From NCBI GenBank assembly GCA_963785235.1, contig CAWAUM010000005.1, forward strand, positions 64,001 through 128,000: DNA of 64,000 bases. Reading direction: 5' to 3'. Below the pieces are notes generated by a model. It made no database searches. It was not told the DNA's origin and was given only the letters and a program-made list of their open reading frames with translations. The translations under genes were made by a program, and so were the position numbers. Shown here piece after piece: positions 40,258 to 49,833 of this stretch (its first letter is position 1; each line of letters begins with the position of its first letter). The stretch comes from an uncultured delta proteobacterium. Its GTDB lineage: Bacteria; Desulfobacterota; Desulfomonilia; UBA1062.

Positions 40258-40332
40258 ATTGAGTTCCTACGCTGGCATTACCCAGATCAGGTTCAACGGG
40301 TATGATCTCAGGCCCCTTATGGAACCACCCCA
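40258..40332 (-). ncRNA. TPP riboswitch
   Basis: Minus strand reads ggggtg...ctgagatcatacccgttgaacctgatctgggtaatgccagcgtagga; upstream of thiM. Confidence 0.93.
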
Positions 40333-40511
40333 CACGGGCAATACAATACTAGCATTCCGGGAATACCGTCAATAGGAACAACCTGGAGAGAGTTTATTTG
40401 CAGTTATTTCACACACTCATGCCGCATATCCATGGTAGAAAAGGGCATTCATACAATATCAATCATGAATGGAGGACAGTATCTTTGGAAAGCGGCAAGG
40501 GCATTGTACAG

Positions 40512-41166
40512 ATGATCCGGCGATTACGCGACCCCATGAGCGGCCTCACTCACTTTATCGGTGCCCTGCTTGCCGTGGCAGGTCTTGTGGCCCTCATCAT
40601 CAAGGCATCGATCCCGCTGAAGCCCTGGCATCTCACCTCTTACTGTGTCTTCGGTATAGGCATGATCCTCCTCTATACGGCCAGCACCCTCTATCACTGG
40701 CTGCCCCTTTCCCAAGAGGGGACGGACGAAGCTCAGGAAGTTCGACCATATGATGATCTTCGTGCTCATCGCAGCCACGTACACACCCATCTGCCTCGTC
40801 CCGCTCAGGGGTGCCTGGGGTTGGGGCATCTTCGGAACAGTCTGGGCCGTGGCCATCATGGGCATCGTATTCAAGCTCTTCTGGATACACGCCCCCAGGT
40901 GGCTTACATCACTCATTTACATATGCATGGGCTGGATCGCCGTGGTGGGCATTGTACCGCTGGTCCGTACCCTCCAGCCTGGGGCCCTTTTCTGGCTCTT
41001 TGCAGGCGGGGTGCTTTATACTATCGGCGGCATTATCTATGCCCTGAAGAGGCCTGACCCTATCCCCCATTTCTTCGGTTTCCATGAGGTATTCCATATC
41101 TTCGTGATGCTGGGGACCGCTGCGCACTTCTGGACCGTGTACCGGTACGTAAGTGCATTTGCATAG
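40512..41166 (+). CDS. Hemolysin III/PAQR membrane protein, with 1-bp insertion near 40725
   Basis: SGLTH, ASTLYH, then KFDHMMIFVLIAATYTP, GFHEVFH. Confidence 0.85.
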
Positions 41167-41184
41167 CCTGTTACCAAGATATTT

Positions 41185-42072
41185 TCACCCTGCGAGGTGA
41201 TACCTCCCGCCATCCTCATAGACCCTGTCCTGTTCCATGAGCACCTCCAGGTGTTTTCGCATCATCATGCGCTCTGAGACGGACAGGTCCCAGGCTCCCA
41301 GGGCCTTGGGTTTACCGTAGATGATGCAGGCACTCGTTATCTCATCAAGAGTTTTGGGGCCTTTTGCAAGCAGGTCGAGCAGTTTTGCCTCCCGCTCATA
41401 GATGATGTTGAGGTAATCAAGGATAAGCTGGCTCGAGGCATCGAAGACCCCGGCGCCATGGGCGGTGAGGTAGACATCGGCCCTGATGGCGGCGAGCTTC
41501 GTAAGGGAGGAAATGGTATGCTCCAGGCTGGAAATGACATCGCCGTAATATGGGCCGGCCTTGACAAGGTCATAGTCGGCCAGGAAGAGTACACCTTCCT
41601 CCGGAAAGTGGAAGCAGAAGTGGCCGGGTGTATGGCCCGGGGTGTGGATGGCCACGGCATAGGTGTGCCCGAAATCGAGGATGTCGCCATCCTTCAGAAG
41701 CCTCTCCGGTTTCCTCGGCGCATAATGGCACTCGCCAACCAGGAAGTCTTCCCAGAAGAGGGACTCCTCACGAGTGAGCCCATACTGGTCTATAAGGGCG
41801 CTGATATCGCTGAAGGGCAGTGCATCGAGCTGTGGGACCCATAGTTCGGCATCGGGGAATAGAGAGTTGTACATGATGTGGTCTTCGTGGGCATGGCTTG
41901 TAATGATGATATCCACGCTGCGTTGCCGGTGAAAGGCCAGGAGCTTGTCCTTGTCGCTCGCTGCATCCATGAGGGCACGACGCTGATCATCCACCACCAG
42001 TGTATGGCAATGGGGGTAGCGGCCCCCGAGGATGAGCCCGATTGCTCCTTTCTGAAAGTCGAACAATTTCAC
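41185..42072 (-). CDS. MBL-fold metallo-hydrolase
   Basis: SHAHEDH, HTPGHTPGH, LTAHG. Confidence 0.88.
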   Translation of the reverse strand: MKLFDFQKGAIGLILGGRYPHCHTLVVDDQRRALMDAASDKDKLLAFHRQRSVDIIITSHAHEDHIMYNSLFPDAELWVPQLDALPFSDISALIDQYGLTREESLFWEDFLVGECHYAPRKPERLLKDGDILDFGHTYAVAIHTPGHTPGHFCFHFPEEGVLFLADYDLVKAGPYYGDVISSLEHTISSLTKLAAIRADVYLTAHGAGVFDASSQLILDYLNIIYEREAKLLDLLAKGPKTLDEITSACIIYGKPKALGAWDLSVSERMMMRKHLEVLMEQDRVYEDGGRYHLAG

Positions 42073-42345
42073 CTCTTGGAGTTGAAGCTTTGTACTGCTG
42101 TCTCTTCGAGCCTAGATGATTTGGCTGACCAGGGCAATAGGGAGATGTTTTGTGAAAGTTTGGTAAAAAGAGAACACCTGGGTTGCTATCAAGGATCTCA
42201 TGACTAATATAAGAAACTCCTAATAAACCTCCTCATAACATTTGCCCCCTTCGACCTAAAAGAAGAGGGTTTTTTTGTCCGGACAATCCAAAAGATAACA
42301 ATATAATTGTTATAATTATATCTGCTTTGGATTGGCCACCTTATA

Positions 42346-43263
42346 TCATGGAGGGCACTGGGCACAGAATGAGCGGAAGACCTCGGTGGAAAGATAACGG
42401 TCTCCCCGGTCAGGGAAGATGACAACCACGGTAGACCCGCGCGGGAGGTCGCGTGCAACCTGAATCGCACCCCACATGGCTGCGCCCGAACTGAGACCGC
42501 AAAACAAGCCTTCCTGAATGGAAAGGTCGCGTGTAGTCTCAAAGGCATCCTCGTCATTGCAGCTTATGATGCCATCGAGGCGTGCCGGGTCATAGATCTT
42601 GGGCACAATTGCCTCATGCATGTTCTTCAGACCCTGTATGCGATGATCCAGGTTGGGTTCAACGCCTATGATTTTCACGGCTGGCTTTTTTTCCTTGAAG
42701 AACATGGAGCAGCCCATGAGTGTGCCGGTAGTACCCATACCGGCAACAAAGGCATCGACCCCGCCCTTTGTCTGCGCAAAGATCTCAGGACCGGTCGTGT
42801 GGTAGTGTGCAAGGTAGTTCTGGGGATTGTCGAACTGGTTGGGCATGAAATATTGATCCCCCACGGATTCCATGATGTGATGAGCGCGGTTTATAGCCCC
42901 ATCTGTCTTGTCGCATCCGGGAGTCAGCTCGAGTTCCGCTCCAAGGGCCTGGAGAACAGCCCGGCGCTCTGTGCTTACACAGGTGGGCATGGTGAGCTTG
43001 ATCTTGAAGCCCATGGCCGCCGCCACCATGGCCATGCCTATTCCGGTATTGCCGGAGGTGGGTTCCAGGATGATCTTGCCCTTTGTCAGCTTACCTGATG
43101 CAACGGCATCCTTGATCATGAAGAACGCCGGTCTATCTTTGACTGAGCCACCTGGATTGGATCCTTCCAGCTTGGCCATGATCCGCACACCTGTCTTGTC
43201 GGAATCCCAGATATTCTTTACTTCAACAAGCGGTGTATTCCCGATTGCATCCAACACACTCAT
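42346..43263 (-). CDS. cysM: Cysteine synthase (PLP)
   Basis: IGNTPL, NPGGSVKDR, PTSGNTG, GTTGT, PDRGDRYLS. Confidence 0.85.
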   Translation of the reverse strand: MSVLDAIGNTPLVEVKNIWDSDKTGVRIMAKLEGSNPGGSVKDRPAFFMIKDAVASGKLTKGKIILEPTSGNTGIGMAMVAAAMGFKIKLTMPTCVSTERRAVLQALGAELELTPGCDKTDGAINRAHHIMESVGDQYFMPNQFDNPQNYLAHYHTTGPEIFAQTKGGVDAFVAGMGTTGTLMGCSMFFKEKKPAVKIIGVEPNLDHRIQGLKNMHEAIVPKIYDPARLDGIISCNDEDAFETTRDLSIQEGLFCGLSSGAAMWGAIQVARDLPRGSTVVVIFPDRGDRYLSTEVFRSFCAQCPP

Positions 43264-43550
43264 GTGGAACTCTCCTTTGAATCCTTGCCTGATGTTGTAC
43301 AGGGCTATTCATTCACCTGTTTTTCTTTTCGGCTCCTATTCAAGGTTCATTCCTGTATCAGGATCCGTTTGACGAGTCATTTTATAGTACACATAAAACA
43401 TATTTCAAGAAGCGTCTTAAGTATATTCTATTTTTGTATGAATGTCAGAAAAATGGTTGTTAAATTTCCAGTTGCCCGTTGCTCAAACACTGGTTTATGA
43501 AGACAATAGTGCTGTATGCTTTTTAGCGGCCCAATCTTACAGCACTACCG

Positions 43551-44222
43551 ATGGGAGATGGTATGATGCACCCTTTGCCTGATGATGAAACCCTCTATAA
43601 TGCATTGCTTAACAAAGACAGCACCTTTGAAGGCACCTTTGTGGCAGGGGTGAAGACTACCGGCATATTCTGCCGTGCAACCTGTACTGCACGGAAACAG
43701 AAACAGGAGAATGCGGCATTCATTCGACCAACAAGAATCCTTACCCCATTGGGCCCCATGCTGGCAGGGGCCACTGATGCCGGGGTCTGTCTGCTGGAAT
43801 TCATTGACCGGAAGAGGCTGGAAACGCAGTTATCGAGGTTGAAGAGAATGTTGAAAGCGGAATTAGTCCCCGGCTCCAACAGACACTTTGAAGCACTTCA
43901 TCGACAGGTTCAAGAGTACTTTGCCGGGGAGAGAAAGGAATTCCTTCTCCCGCTGGTAATGCAGGGCACCCCTTTCCAGCAGGAAGTATGGAAGGCCTTA
44001 CAGACTATCCCTTACGGTGAAACCCGCTCATACCAGGAACAGGCCGAAATGCTGGGGAAGCCCAGGGCTGTCCGGGCTGTTGCTCAGGCCAACGGCGACA
44101 ACAGGATTTCCATCATCATCCCATGCCACCGGGTAATCGGAAAGGATGGGAAGCTGGTAGGCTATGGCGGAGGGCTATGGCGGAAAAAGTTCCTGCTGGA
44201 TCTCGAATTGAGGGCAAGATAG
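43551..44222 (+). CDS. O6-methylguanine-DNA methyltransferase with truncated Ada N-domain
   Basis: GVKTTGIFC..C Ada start joined directly to an Ogt domain (IPCHRV). Confidence 0.85.
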   Translation: MGDGMMHPLPDDETLYNALLNKDSTFEGTFVAGVKTTGIFCRATCTARKQKQENAAFIRPTRILTPLGPMLAGATDAGVCLLEFIDRKRLETQLSRLKRMLKAELVPGSNRHFEALHRQVQEYFAGERKEFLLPLVMQGTPFQQEVWKALQTIPYGETRSYQEQAEMLGKPRAVRAVAQANGDNRISIIIPCHRVIGKDGKLVGYGGGLWRKKFLLDLELRAR

Positions 44223-44349
44223 GGTATAACCCATAGCAACGTCAATTCCCTCGATTTATCCCCGTCATATGTATGCTATTTGCACCGCTGCGAACAATGT
44301 ACATACACGCTGTACCTTGGAGGGTATCCGAAAAGCAGTCAAATCGCTG

Positions 44350-44995
44350 TCAGCTTTTTTTCCCCAAGATCGACCAGTACAATTTTGCGTTGCAGATTGT
44401 GAAGTATTCGATCTCCTGAATTTTGCAGCCTGAGCCTTCCACAAGGGCAGGGTAGTTCCATACGGGGTGGAAGACTGCCTCGGTGGTTGCGCTGTAGAAC
44501 GATATGGCAAAATACCAGTTAAGCTTCTGGACGATTCCCTGCCATCCGGTTTTCTCCGGCAGGACGAATTCTCCCACAACAAAATACCCGCCAGGTTTAA
44601 CCAGTGTTCCAAGGTGGTTTGCTACTTCGACTACCCTTGTCTCGGAAAAGACATTCAGGAAGAAGTTTGCAATAACCATGTCATACTGTCCGGTTTCCTT
44701 GACATTGAAGATGTCGTCATGGATAACCCGGATCTCGTTTGGCGGGTTCTCTCTTTGCGATGCGCTTGCGGAATTGATTGAGCATGGTCTCCGACAGGTC
44801 GACGGCCGTCACATGAGCACCCAGCCTGCTTGCCTCTACAGCCTCGGTTCCATGACCTACTCCGGCGACAAGCACCTTGTCACCCGGTTTAACATGTTTG
44901 AGCATCGCGGATTTGCACTTGGGTATCCTCCCCAGACTATATAGATTCCCGGTCAGCTCATATTGATACCCAACCAGCCAATACCCGTCTTTCAT
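44350..44995 (-). CDS. Class I SAM-dependent methyltransferase, frameshift near 44750
   Basis: VLVAGVGHG, AVDLS in one frame; YDMVIANFFL, LVKPGG in the next. Confidence 0.75.
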
Positions 44996-45214
44996 AAAAC
45001 GCTCCTTTCATAATAGGTGCAATCATTACATGGAGGCAGAATTCATTATCTGCACTTTTCCAGTGTACTCTTCTTGGTCGCACTATGCAAGCCATTGAGA
45101 TGAATCGATGATTCTTAAGCGCATTCATGTATGGATCAGTCATATTGCCTATAAACGGATTAAGCGAGGATATGGTGCTGATATTTTCCGTACGATGTGG
45201 TTTATTGTGAACAG

Positions 45215-46147
45215 ATGGCTGAAGACCTGAAATATATTTTTTATCGTTCACTCCTCAAGAGTATCAGGGTGTCAGGGACCATCCTTATGATCATGGTCCC
45301 TGTCTCTTTCTGTGTAACCATGCTGCAGTTTACCGGTGTGCTTGAACGTATCGCGTGGGTCCTTTCGCCTGTCATGAAGATTGTCTCCCTGCCACCGGAG
45401 GCATCGTTTGCACTCATTGCAGGGGCGCTCATCAATATCTATGCGGGCATTGCAGTGATGGGCACGCTCAGCCTCACTGCCTGGGACATCAATATCATGG
45501 CCGTGATGATGCTCATCTGTCACAACCTCATTGTGGAGTCAGCCGTGCAATCCAAGACAGGTGTCTCAGGGTTGAAGATGACCCTTTTCAGGATCATAGC
45601 TGCAATTGGAATGGGCATATGCCTGTCTTTTATCCTCCCTGAGGGATTCAAACAGGTGAGTACTACCTTGGGGGGGAAGGTCTTCTCATCTGCACAAGGA
45701 TTTGTCGAGGTGATCGTCTTGTGGGTCAAACAGACATCGATGCTCACGCTCAAGGTCATACTCATCATTGCTGCTATTAACCTCATCATAGATGTAATGC
45801 GTTATCTTAAGGCCTTTGATCCGGTGATAACGCTCTTGAGGCCGCTTACCTTCATGCACGGTCTTCCGAAAAAGGCGTCCTTCATGTGGATGGCAGGCAT
45901 CCTTTTCGGCCTTGCGTATGGTTCAGGGGTTCTGATTGCAGAGGCACAGACTGGCCGCGTGGACAAGGACTCCCTGGTGAGGCTGAATCTGTCCTTAGGG
46001 ATCAGCCACTCACTCATAGAAGATACCCTCCTGTTCGTGGCCATAGGGGCTTCACTCTTCTGGGTACTCATACCGAGAATGGTCGCTGCTGCTGTTATGG
46101 TGTGGATTTATGCCCTTATGAGGTCTTTTTCGGATTCATTACAATAG
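45215..46147 (+). CDS. Nucleoside-recognition (Gate)/SpmAB-like membrane protein
   Basis: LSPVM...NIYAGI, CHNLIVE, GLAYGSG, SHSLIEDT. Confidence 0.75.
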   Translation: MAEDLKYIFYRSLLKSIRVSGTILMIMVPVSFCVTMLQFTGVLERIAWVLSPVMKIVSLPPEASFALIAGALINIYAGIAVMGTLSLTAWDINIMAVMMLICHNLIVESAVQSKTGVSGLKMTLFRIIAAIGMGICLSFILPEGFKQVSTTLGGKVFSSAQGFVEVIVLWVKQTSMLTLKVILIIAAINLIIDVMRYLKAFDPVITLLRPLTFMHGLPKKASFMWMAGILFGLAYGSGVLIAEAQTGRVDKDSLVRLNLSLGISHSLIEDTLLFVAIGASLFWVLIPRMVAAAVMVWIYALMRSFSDSLQ

Positions 46148-46148
46148 A

Positions 46149-46368
46149 GCCAGGTTTTGAGTTTCAGAAAAGTAAAACCTTGATCCGTTCAAAACATCAA
46201 TCTTGCAGCCATTGTGGCACATTGATTCTAGCTGTCTTTCAAGGCTGCAAGATTGATGTTTTGAACGGACCTGATTAAAAAAAATACCATGGTCGCTATA
46301 AGTTTTATGCATAAGGCCACTCAACGTGCATGCTGCAGATATGGGTACAGTAAAAGGCAGATTCTGAG
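46149..46368. mobile_element. MITE-like repeat, copy B (internal palindrome 46184-46269)
   Basis: Perfect 27-bp arms tccgttcaaaacatcaatcttgcagcc and its reverse complement, 32-nt core; flanks align with copy A. Confidence 0.7.
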
Positions 46369-46396
46369 CTATTTGGAAAAGTGAACCGGCAGCTTG

Positions 46397-47140
46397 TCAC
46401 TTGGCTACTTCGAAGCTGTCTTCCAGCAATTCGATCTCTTCCCGCCGGATCTTTCCGGATGTCTTGTAGCTGAGTTTTTTCTCCAGGTATCTGCTGGTTT
46501 GGGTGAGGCCGAAGCAGATGATGAAATAGATCACCGCGATGGTGAAAAAGATCTCTGCCGGGGCATTCATGGTGCGGTTGTTGACCTGGGTGGCCACACG
46601 GGTAAGCTCCTGGACGCCGATGATGAAGGCAAGGGAGGTGTCCTTGGTCAGCGAGACGAACTGGTTTACGAATGAGGGGATCATGTTTCGCAGAGCCTGG
46701 GGAAGGACAACTGATGTCATGCCCTGCATATAGGTAAGCCCTGAGCTGCGGGCAGCCTCCATCTGGCCCTTGGGAATGGACTGGATGCCGGCGCGGACGA
46801 TCTCGGCGACGTAGGCGCCGGTAAACACCGAGAAGGCAGCCAGGGTGCTCCTCGCCTCGGGCATGGGCCTGTGCAGAAGAATGGGGGACAGGAAATAGAA
46901 CCAGAAGATAAGCAGCAGCAAAGGTGTGCCGCGGATGATCTCGATGTATATAATGGAGGGAATTCTTATGTACCACCGTTTAGATAATCTCATGAGGCCG
47001 AAGACAAGGCCGATCCAGGAGGCGAAGAATATCCCGCCGGCGGCCAACGCGATGCTCAGGGCAAGACCTCCCAGGGGGCCATTGGGGAATCGTCCCAGCA
47101 TGAAATATTCCATGTTGTTCCAGACTACATCCCAGTGCAC
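46397..47140 (-). CDS. Polar amino-acid ABC permease
   Basis: IRGTPLL, AEIVRAGIQSIPKGQMEAA, KDTSL. Confidence 0.9.
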   Translation of the reverse strand: MHWDVVWNNMEYFMLGRFPNGPLGGLALSIALAAGGIFFASWIGLVFGLMRLSKRWYIRIPSIIYIEIIRGTPLLLLIFWFYFLSPILLHRPMPEARSTLAAFSVFTGAYVAEIVRAGIQSIPKGQMEAARSSGLTYMQGMTSVVLPQALRNMIPSFVNQFVSLTKDTSLAFIIGVQELTRVATQVNNRTMNAPAEIFFTIAVIYFIICFGLTQTSRYLEKKLSYKTSGKIRREEIELLEDSFEVAK

Positions 47141-47149
47141 CTGTTCCTC

Positions 47150-47851
47150 CTAGTACTTGAGCAAACGCAGATATTTTCTGTTGTATATGGTTATGGCAAA
47201 CGAGACGATAAGCGAGATGGCTATGTAAAGCAGCGTTGCCACGGTGAATGCCTCGAATCCGCGAAAGCTGTATGATTCGATCTGCCTTGTCATATAGGTC
47301 AGATCCATGACCCCGATGGTCATGACCAGCGAGGAGTTCTTGATGAGGTTCAGAAATTGGGAAATCAGCGTGGGAATGACTATCCTGAAGGCCTGGGGAA
47401 GAACCACGTACGACATGGCCTGGATGAAGGAAAGGCCGGTGGCCCGGGATGATTCCATCTGCTCCTTGGGGATGGAGATGATACCCGAGCGGATCTCTTC
47501 TGCAATGAACGCAGCTGTGTAGAGGGTAAGGGAAAAGACCCCGATGGCGAATTCATAATCCTGGGCATAGAGCCACTGGTTGAGTGACTCGGGCAAGATC
47601 ATGGAGGAGCCGAAATACCAGAAAAAGATCTGGATCAACAGCGGGGTATTCCGGAAGAACTCGATATAGGAGAGCGTAATCCATTCGAAGACCCTGATCT
47701 TGGTCATCCGTAAGGTGGTGACGAGCGTTCCCAGCAGAAGAGACAGGACTATGGAGATAGCTGAGATCTTCAGGGTAATGATAAGGCCCTGAATAATCCA
47801 GTCCCGGTATTCACCGGTCAGTACGACCATCCAGTTGAATTCGTAGTTCAC
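47150..47851 (-). CDS. Polar amino-acid ABC permease
   Basis: FRNTPLLIQ, EEIRSGI, KNSSL. Confidence 0.9.
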   Translation of the reverse strand: MNYEFNWMVVLTGEYRDWIIQGLIITLKISAISIVLSLLLGTLVTTLRMTKIRVFEWITLSYIEFFRNTPLLIQIFFWYFGSSMILPESLNQWLYAQDYEFAIGVFSLTLYTAAFIAEEIRSGIISIPKEQMESSRATGLSFIQAMSYVVLPQAFRIVIPTLISQFLNLIKNSSLVMTIGVMDLTYMTRQIESYSFRGFEAFTVATLLYIAISLIVSFAITIYNRKYLRLLKY

Positions 47852-47908
47852 TGCCTTGCTCCGCAAAGGGACGTGCCTCCGTGCAGAGGCACGTCCAACA
47901 GGATAGTC

Positions 47909-48742
47909 TTATTCCGGGATGGTCTCCATCTCCCAGGTCAGCGGCATGTAGAACTTGGTCTGGGGACCGAGCCACTTATCGTAGATTTTCTTGTACGTGC
48001 CGTCGTTCCACATTTCCATGAGCGACTTGTTTACAAAATCGCGCAGGTTGGATTCGTTCTCCCTTATGCCGATGCCGTAGGGTTCCTTGGAGAAGAAGTC
48101 GCCGACGATATCCCATTTTTCCGGATTTTCATCGCTGCCCTTGAGCCCGATGAGGATCACCGAGTCGGTAGTGACAGCGGCAACCTTGCCCTGTTTCAGG
48201 GCCAGGAAAGCCTCGGGATATCCTTCGAAAGACAGCACCGTGCACTTCGGCTGGGCTTTCTTGATGTTTATCTCGCTGGTTGAGCCCTTGGCCGTCCCGA
48301 CCTTCTTGCCTGCGAGGTCCTTAAAGCTTTTAACCTTACCTCCCTTTTTGACGAGCAGTTTCTGTCCGTCCATGAAGTACGTGATGCTGAAGTCGATGAC
48401 ATCCTCCCGGGCGATCTTGCGGGTCATGGTGCAGGCAGCGATATCCACCATGCCTTCGGAGAGCTGGGGAATCCTTGTGGCAGAGGTTACGGGTTTGAGC
48501 TCCAGCTTGACGCCCATCTTGTTTGCGATCTCTCTGCAGATGTCCACATCGAACCCGACGAGCTGCTTTGACTGCTCATCCACATATCCGAAGGGAACTA
48601 CGGCATCCTTGACACCCGCCACAAGTACGCCCTTTGACTTGATGTTCGCCAGGGCATCTGCGGATGCTAAACCAGCCATGCTCAGAACCATGAGTAAAGC
48701 CAGGGCACAGATGACGAAATAAGATGTTCTCCTCATATACAT
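47909..48742 (-). CDS. Polar amino-acid-binding protein (family 3)
   Basis: Signal peptide, GFDVDI, SATRIP, KGSTS, EPYGIG. Confidence 0.9.
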   Translation of the reverse strand: MYMRRTSYFVICALALLMVLSMAGLASADALANIKSKGVLVAGVKDAVVPFGYVDEQSKQLVGFDVDICREIANKMGVKLELKPVTSATRIPQLSEGMVDIAACTMTRKIAREDVIDFSITYFMDGQKLLVKKGGKVKSFKDLAGKKVGTAKGSTSEINIKKAQPKCTVLSFEGYPEAFLALKQGKVAAVTTDSVILIGLKGSDENPEKWDIVGDFFSKEPYGIGIRENESNLRDFVNKSLMEMWNDGTYKKIYDKWLGPQTKFYMPLTWEMETIPE

Positions 48743-48763
48743 ACCTCCTCGAAATAGTGTCTG

Positions 48764-49486
48764 TTACAGGATCTCTTTCAAAAAGAGCTTTGTTCTTTCA
48801 TGCTGGGTGTTCTTGAAGAAATTTTCCGGCGTGCCCTGTTCAAGGATCTTGCCGTAGTCCATGAAGAAGATTCGGTGGGCAACCTCCCGGGCAAATCCCA
48901 TCTCGTGGGTCACGACGATCATGGTCATGCCTTCTTTTGCCAGGTCCTTCATTACGTTCAAGACCTCGTTGATCATCTCGGGGTCAAGTGCTGAGGTGGG
49001 CTCGTCAAAGAGCATGATCTTGGGTTTCATGGCAAGGCCGCGTGCGATTGCCACCCGCTGCTGCTGGCCGCCCGAGAGTTCTGCCGGGTACTTGTGGGCC
49101 TGGTCATGAATGCCGACCTTTTCAAGAAGCCCCAGCGCAAGTTGTTCAGCCTCTTTCTTCGGCATCTTCTTTACCTTGATGGGTGCAAGGGTGACATTTT
49201 TCAAAACCGTGATGTGCGGATAGAGGTTATAGTGCTGAAATACCATTCCGATGTCGGCCCTGAGCGTGTTTATATCGATATGGGGGGTGGTAATGTCTTT
49301 CCCCTCGATAAAGATCTTGCCCTGCTGGACTTCCTCCAGACGGTTGATACATCGGATGAACGTGCTCTTTCCCGACCCTGAAGGACCGCATATGACAACG
49401 ACTTCGCCCTTGTTGATCTGTTCTGAAATACCCTGGAGCACATAAAAATCACCGAACCATTTATGGATATTCTCTATCCTAATCAA
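48764..49486 (-). CDS. Polar amino-acid ABC ATPase (GlnQ-like)
   Basis: [27 protein letters not shown]. Confidence 0.92.
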   Translation of the reverse strand: MIRIENIHKWFGDFYVLQGISEQINKGEVVVICGPSGSGKSTFIRCINRLEEVQQGKIFIEGKDITTPHIDINTLRADIGMVFQHYNLYPHITVLKNVTLAPIKVKKMPKKEAEQLALGLLEKVGIHDQAHKYPAELSGGQQQRVAIARGLAMKPKIMLFDEPTSALDPEMINEVLNVMKDLAKEGMTMIVVTHEMGFAREVAHRIFFMDYGKILEQGTPENFFKNTQHERTKLFLKEIL

Positions 49487-49621
49487 GAGAGACCTCTTTG
49501 AGATGGCGGTTTTATTGTGAATACTTTACGGGTTATGGTCTAAGAGTGTCAAGAAATTAGATTTTGTGTGCACTGTTATGATTCCTTGGTTTGTTTCTGA
49601 GTTAAATTAAAAAATGTTCAA

Positions 49622-49770
49622 CACGGATTTTGCATTTTCGATGCGTAAAAAACCTGATCCGTTAAAAACCTCAATCTTGCAGCCTTTGCTGGATGCTAAT
49701 TATCTCGGTCATTCCAGGCTGCAAGATTGAGGTTTTTAACGGACCTATTAAAAAAAACTATGCTTAAAAA
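49622..49770. mobile_element. MITE-like repeat, copy C (palindrome 49658-49743), right part truncated
   Basis: Perfect 27-bp arms tccgttaaaaacctcaatcttgcagcc, 32-nt core; left end cacggattttgc. Confidence 0.7.
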
Positions 49771-49775
49771 GGATG

Positions 49776-49805
49776 AGGGATGGGGGGTGTGTCCCCCATC
49801 CCTCC
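49776..49805 (-). terminator. Terminator after acyl-CoA dehydrogenase
   Basis: gggatgggg...ccccatccc hairpin next to an A-run. Confidence 0.55.
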
Positions 49806-49833
49806 TTGAGGTTCAATAATGCATGCTCAGGGT

